Assembly: GCF_009914755.1 (NCBI RefSeq)
Contig: NC_060931.1
Length of the DNA stretch: 64,000 bases
Source: the human T2T-CHM13v2.0 reference genome, Homo sapiens
Strand: one strand, 5' to 3'
Shown here: piece after piece, positions 52,446 to 64,000 of the stretch
How positions within the stretch are numbered: the stretch's first letter is position 1
How the letters are laid out: the number at the start of each line of letters is the position of its first letter
Notes under the pieces: generated by a model
Seen by the model: only the letters and a program-made list of their open reading frames with translations
Databases searched by the model: none
What the model was told of the DNA's origin: nothing
Made by a program: the position numbers and the translations under genes

Positions 52446-53771
52446 GCGAGTTCCATAACTGTCTATTACAACAATTTATCTTTCTCAGCACCACCTCCTT
52501 CCATCTTCCCTAATCTAGTATCTGGTGTATTGGGCTGCATGTACTTATTTACTTCTAACAGAGTGATAGCAGACAGTGTTTTTTTCACCCTTAGCCAGTT
52601 GCACTTCTAATCAAGCCTGTCTTTCTGTGAGTGAGTTGATAGAAGCATATTAGGGTTAATGAATTTATGAGAAGCTACTCTAATTATGAGCTTCCTACAG
52701 CTTCCTAGAACAGAGAGGAACATTATCAGGGCCAAGGGGTCAGGCTTCTGAAAGCTTTTGATTTCTTTGCTTAGCAACCATAAACATTTTGTATCTGAAA
52801 AGGTACCTTTTGGCTCTGGAATTTGGGGCAACTAATAGGAGCATGCCACCTCTGGATTTATGCGGAATACTATGATCTTTGTTCTTATTAATGACTCTGG
52901 TATCCCAAGGGGGCTCAACATATACAGAACTGAGCCTATTGTAATTTGGTACTTATTGGAATTTGATGTCTATTCTGCATAGCCGTATGCCCTCTGAAGA
53001 CAGAGCATCTTTGGATAAAGGCAAAATGCATATCAGTGAAAGGCAGTTAAAAGTGACAGGACCATTTGCTTTTTTTCCACCCCAGGGCTTCCTTGCCTCA
53101 GCTTCTACCCACTCTCGCCTGTATTTTCCCCCATATTATGCCAGTCCCAAAGACCCAAACTAAAATGTCCCTTCATTCTTTCGGATGTCATGGGGTCACA
53201 TTGTCCTTTATTTCGTGCTAAGTTCTAGTTGTTTTCTTATGGGTTTTCTCATTCACAATTGCTGATGTTTTTCCTTGGGCTGAGAGGACCAGCCAAGTCA
53301 AAGGACCTATTTGGCATTTTAAGATGATGAAATATTTAGGTTTCAAGAAACAGGCACTCAAAGGTAATCAACATTCCAAGGCTGTTGTTTAAATGAGTCA
53401 TGTATTCCGAAGGAGGTCTTAGTAATCTGATAACAGTCTGTTTCCATTTACTTATGTTTATAGAAGAAACATTCTTCATTGCACGTGTCCTGTGAACTCT
53501 GTTACTTACCTGTGTTTCCTCATGGGACATTCAGTTAGATCTTGTGAATGAGAAAGCAGTGTATACAAGTGGCTTGTACGGAGTGGGCTTGTAATGTACA
53601 AATGAGTGGATCCCTTTTCGTTTCTCTGGTTTTGCCCCTTGGTCTAGGAGTTCAAATGCTTTCAGTCTTTTCTAATCCAGGAGTTGGGAAATATATGTCA
53701 AAGGAGGCAAATTATTAATATATACTGTGTTATATCTTGGGAGCTAGGTTTTTTCCTCCACTTTTCTTTAG

Positions 53772-53930
53772 GAAATTTGGTCACTCAACAAGGAAGTCCG
53801 CGTCTGGGATGCTTACACGGGCCTGGAAGGCACAGTTAAGGACATGACAGCCTCCCTGAGGGCCATCACAGAGTTACAGAGCCCTGCCCTCAGGGACAGG
53901 CATTGGCACCAGCTGATGAAAGCTATTGGG
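53772..53930 (+). CDS. DNAH11: DNAH11 exon ~23 (159 nt; EIWSLN...[13 protein letters not shown])
   Basis: ttttctttag|GAA; GGG|gtcagt; contains the conserved dynein linker LRDRHW motif. Confidence 0.96.
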
Positions 53931-54324
53931 GTCAGTATCCTTGGTCTCACTAATGAACCTTTTTATGACTGTGAAGTGTTACTTCTTGGTTTGCATCATC
54001 TGAGATGAAGTGTAATTTATGAAAAGACCCCCCTCAGCATAGCCTCTACTTGCTGTGTTATGCCTTTTTGCTGTCTAGAAAAAGTCGCCTGATCCGACCA
54101 ACAATTGAGAAAAAGGCACCCTCCTCCAGGCTGTCCCCAGGACAGCAGAGCGGAGGCTGGCTTCCATCTCCATTTGTCATCTGGGCTGGTGTCCACGTTC
54201 AGTACACAGATTGCACAACTAATCAGGGTGGCCCTATTACTCATCTCTCCTCATTCTTTCTCAAGGACAGACCTAGCTCCCTGGCTCCCAGCAACTCTGG
54301 AGTGAGGCCAAAGTTGACACAGAG

Positions 54325-54452
54325 ATAGTCTGGCAAACTCATCTAGCTTTCTCAGGACTTTCCAGATTTTAGCACTGAAAGTATCACATCCCTGAAATCC
54401 ACTTGCTAGAAACCCCTCAGTCCGGAGCAAATCAGGGCATTTGGTCCTCTTA
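54325..54452. mobile_element. MER81-like hAT MITE
   Basis: ggactttccagattttagcactgaaagt...aaacccctcagtcc resembles MER81. Confidence 0.5.
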
Positions 54453-55252
54453 TGCAGAGGCGTGGATGGTGCTAAGGAATGTTAGAGGGTAGGGAGGGGC
54501 AGAGGGTGGCAGCTTCCAAGAAGCAGATTCTGGATATTCTTAGCAAAAGCCGGAAAGAAAATGGCTTTCCTGCAACCCATATGGCTGGCTCAACTCTTCA
54601 CTTACAGGAGACATGAGTGAGTTTGGGTATGTCGAAGAGCTGAGGATGTCTCAAGGACCCAATATAGGGGAGGGAAGGAGAGTCAATGTGAGAGAAGGGG
54701 AGTCATTGTCACAAGACAATGTGGAAATGAGAATTATTTTTCACATGGTAAATATGAATAATGACACTGTAAGACTATTTTTTTTGCCAATGAACTGAGA
54801 TTAAATTAGTGATAAAACTAGGTTAAATCACAGAAGCAGCTGGGAATTATGTTCAGTGAATAGGGTTCTTTAGGAAGAAAAGACAAATGAGCCACTACCT
54901 GATTCCTGGGATTTCAACCAAATTATAATAAATGAACAATGAGATTCTCTTTAAAAATGGGTTTTGTGGGCAAAGGAGATAAGAAACGTGCCGACAAGGG
55001 AAAGATGTGAAACAAAGAAAATAGTGTAGCACGGATGTGACTAAACTGTGGCCCTTGCTTCCGGCAGGTGACGCCTCAGGAATTGTGAGTTAAAAAGGAG
55101 TGTCTTAGATTCTCCACGTATTTCAAGACGAGAGATGTACTCAGCACCTGACTTGAGTATATTTTAGTTAAGATTCATTTCACCAGCCTTTAGGCAAAAG
55201 GAACCGTTCATATATGTGGAATATAAAGTCTAACTTTTTTTCCCCCAATCAG

Positions 55253-55375
55253 GTCAAGTTTTTAATAAATGAAGCCACAACTTTGGCAGATTTGTTAGCA
55301 CTGCGGTTACACAGAGTGGAAGATGATGTCCGAAGGATTGTGGACAAGGCGGTGAAAGAGCTGGGGACTGAGAAG
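55253..55375 (+). CDS. DNAH11: DNAH11 exon ~24 (123 nt; VKFLINE...GTEK)
   Basis: ccccaatcag|GTC; AAG|gtagtg. Confidence 0.95.
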
Positions 55376-56108
55376 GTAGTGTCCTCGGGACTGGGTCATT
55401 TCTACTTGGCTAATTTTGGGTATTTGCATAGAAGCCAACTTAGAGAAAAGTCCTTTTGATGTCCTGGGAGCCTGGAGAGATGAGTCCCAGTTTGTTCCCT
55501 GCTGTTCATTAGGTGTGGGATGAGCAGGAACTAGAATCATTCTAAGCCACAGTAAAACAGGAGGATTGGTCTTGTTGATGATGATGATTATAGCAGAAAA
55601 TACTTACATATCCTTTATTTTGTAGCCAACACCACTCTGAGTGCTTTATTTATATTAACCCATTTAATCTTCTGAGGTAAGTAATAGTATCTCTATTTTA
55701 CACATGGGGAAACTGAGGTATAAAGAGATAATTAACTTACCCAGATTCACACAGAAGACTGAGATTCATTCACATTTGAGGCATTACCTGTTTCATGCTG
55801 GCTAATTTGTAAATAGTATCTACCAAACATTTAAGTCCCTTCCTGCTCTTGAATTGTGTTTTGGTTAGGGATGATAAACTCACATTCAGTAGAAGTTTGA
55901 TGTTAGTGTGATGCTCATACCTTTGATGTGATAAAATTCATTCTTCAAACCCCATTAGCATGAATTACTTGGAGGAAAAAACTCAAGCCAATAATACTTG
56001 ATATCAGTTTGCATTTTTGAAAGTTGAAAAAAATTAATTCCAGATAATAGTCTACATATTGATTATCAATTAAATTTTGTGCACATTAATTATATTGTTG
56101 ATTACTAG

Positions 56109-56231
56109 GTTATTACTGAAATCAGTCAGACCTGGGCAACCATGAAGTTTTCTTACGAAGTTCACTATCGAACAGGCATTCCATTACTAAAGTCTGATGA
56201 ACAACTTTTTGAAACTCTAGAGCACAACCAA
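56109..56231 (+). CDS. DNAH11: DNAH11 exon ~25 (123 nt; VITEISQTW...LEHNQ)
   Basis: gattactag|GTT; CAA|gtaaga. Confidence 0.95.
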
Positions 56232-56264
56232 GTAAGATGGATATTTTTATTGCATATATTTTTC

Positions 56265-56711
56265 ATTTTATTTTTATTTGACAAATAATTGTATATATAG
56301 GGTACCATGTGATGTTTTGATGTATGTTTACAATGTGGAAAGATTAAATCAGGCTAACCGTCATCTCATACACTTAACATTTTTTTTGTGGTGAATCACT
56401 TAAAATCTCCTTTAGGAATTTTGAAACATACAATGCATTATTATTTATTGTAGTCACCAACTGTGCAATAGATCACTAAAGCTTATTCCTCCTGTCTAAC
56501 TGAAAATTTGTACCCTTTGATCAACAGCTCCTCTTGCCCCCTCCCCCCGGCTCTGGTAACCATCATTCTACTCTCTGTTTCTATGAGTTCAACTTTTTTA
56601 GATTCCACGTGTAGATGGCATCGTACAATATTTGTCTTTTTGTTCCTGGCTTATTTTGCTTAGCACTGTCCTTTAGGGTCATCCATGTTGTTGCAAACCA
56701 GGATTTTATTC
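56265..56711 (-). mobile_element. L1MA-type 3' end (host of the L1PA3 structure)
   Basis: gattaaatcaggctaac...catccatgttgttgcaaaccaggattttattc. Confidence 0.8.
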
Positions 56712-60157
<3,446 letters not shown>

Positions 60158-60290
60158 GAATCCACTTTCTTAATATCACTAACTCACTAATGAGGGCAGA
60201 GCCCTCATGGTACCTCTTAAAGGTCTCACCTCAAACACTGTTGCATTGTTGATTAAGTTGCAACACATGAGCTTTGAGACACAATAACAG
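60158..60290 (-). mobile_element. Partial MST/MLT1A-type LTR
   Basis: atgagggcagagccctcatg...cctcttaaaggtctcacctc...acactgttgcattg; begins part-way through the LTR. Confidence 0.7.
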
Positions 60291-60304
60291 GTAGTACAAT
60301 AGCA

Positions 60305-62045
60305 GGTAGTGTGAACATTTTAACAATATTAAATACTGGGATAACTTTAAATACTGAATACCTTTCAGTGTGTTTGTATTATCTACATTTTTTCATCAAT
60401 GTTTTGTGGTTTTTAGTATACAGATATTTCACCTCCTTTGGTTAAATTTGCTCAAGTATTTTATTGTTTGATACTATTGTGAATGGGATTGATTTCTTAA
60501 TTTCTTTTTCAGATAGTTTGTTGTTAGTATAAAAGAATGCTGATTTTTGTGTGTTGGTTTTGTACCTTACAAGTTTGCTTTATTCATTTATTAGTTCTAA
60601 CAGTTTTAGGATGGAGCTGTTAGGATTTTCTAAATATAAGATTATGTCATCAGCAAACAGACACACTTTCACTTCTTCCTTTCCATTTGAGTGCTTTTTA
60701 TTTCTTGTCTAGTTGCTCTGGCTAGAACTTCCAGTACTGTATTGAATAGAAGCATGAGAGTGGGCATCCTTATCTTTTTCCTGATTTTAGACAAAAAGCT
60801 TTTGATTTTTTGCTGTTGAGTATATTAGCTGTGTGCTTTTCATGTTCAGCCTTTATTGTGCTGAAGTACATTCTTTATATGCCAATTTTGTTGGAAGTTT
60901 TAATCATGAAATGATGTTGAATTTTACCAAATGTCTTTTCTGCATATATTCAGATGTTCATATCATTTTGTCCTTTCTGTTAAATATGGTATATCACATT
61001 TATTGATTTGCATATTCTTGCATTCCTGAGATAAATCCCACTTGATCATGGTGAATGATCTTTTTTAGTGTACTGTTAAAATCAGTTTGCTAGACTTTGC
61101 TGAGGATTTTTTTAATGTATGTTCATCAGGGATATTGGCTTCTAATTTTCTTTACTTGTGGTGTCCTTGTTTGGCTTTGGTATCAGAATAATCATGGCCT
61201 CATAAAGTGAGTTTGGAAGTATTTCTCCTTAAGTTTTTTTGGAAGAGTTTGAGAAGGGTTAGTATTAGTTCTTCTTTAAATGTTTGGCAGAATTCCACCG
61301 TGAAGCCCTCCTGTCCTAGGCCTTTCTTTTGAGGGGAAATATTTTAGTATTCAATCAGTGTCTTTACTCATCTGTTGAGATCTTTTATTTCTTCTTGATT
61401 CAGTCTTGGTAGGTTGTATGTTTCTAGGAACTTAACCATTTCAATTTGTTGACATATAACTGTTCATAGTAGTCTCTTATGATCCTTTGTATTTCTGTCG
61501 TATCAGTTGTAATAACTCTTCTTTCATTTCTGATTTTGAGTTATCTCCCTTCTTTCCTTAGTCTGGCTAAAGGTTTGTTGATTTTGTTTACTATTCAAAA
61601 AACCAATTCTTCATTCCATTGGTCGTTTTGTTGTCTTTGTAGTCTCTGTTTCATCAATTACTGCTCTGATCGTTATCATTTTTTCCTACTATTGATTGTG
61701 GGCTTAGTTTGTTCTTCTTTTTCTAGTTCCTGAAGGGTTAGCATTAAGTTGTTTATTTGAGATTTTCTTGTTGTTGTAAACACTTATTGCTAAAAACTTC
61801 CCTCTTAGAACTGGTTTTGCTGCATTCCGTAAGTTTTAGTATGTTGTGTTTCTGTTTTCATTTGTCTCAATATATTTTAAAATTTCTCTTTTAGTTTCTT
61901 CTTTGACCCATTGGTTGTTTGGGAGCATGTTATTAATTTTCATGTATTTGTGAGTTTCCAAAATTCCTCCTGTTATTGATTTCTACTTTTATGCCACTGT
62001 GATTGGAAAAATACTTGATGTTATTTTTGATCTTCTTAAGTTTTT
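60305..62045 (-). mobile_element. L1MA-type ORF2 region
   Basis: Antisense RT-region sequence: gtcatcagcaaacag, gagagtgggcatcct, tatgttcatcagggatattggc. Confidence 0.85.
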
Positions 62046-62084
62046 AGCTAAGATTATCTGGCAGACTTGGAAAACATTTATGTT

Positions 62085-64000
<1,916 letters not shown>

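Overview
Primate (most likely human) genomic DNA from the interior of DNAH11, an axonemal dynein heavy chain gene, on the + strand. I traced 20 consecutive coding exons by their splice sites. They total 3518 nt and splice into one open frame from ...[12 protein letters not shown] to ...LFETLEHNQ. From my recollection of the human protein these are exons 6-25, about c.983-4500, covering the tail (DHC_N1) and the start of the linker (DHC_N2). Two introns use GC-AG splice sites. The introns are filled with Alu, L1, L2, MIR, MaLR/ERVL LTR and DNA-transposon relics. Almost all other ORFs in the track are repeat-derived or chance ORFs. I see no prokaryote-type system such as CRISPR or an operon. The two most unusual structures are: (1) 56712-60157, two L1PA3-like cDNAs fused 5'-to-5' with tails pointing outward. 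They form a 584-bp, ~96.6% identical inverted repeat with no TSD and appear to replace more than 1.2 kb of the host element. (2) 12212-13101, an 890-bp polyadenylated, TSD-flanked retro-insertion of a transcript I cannot identify. Exon numbers, repeat subfamily names and variant identities come from memory and were not database-checked.
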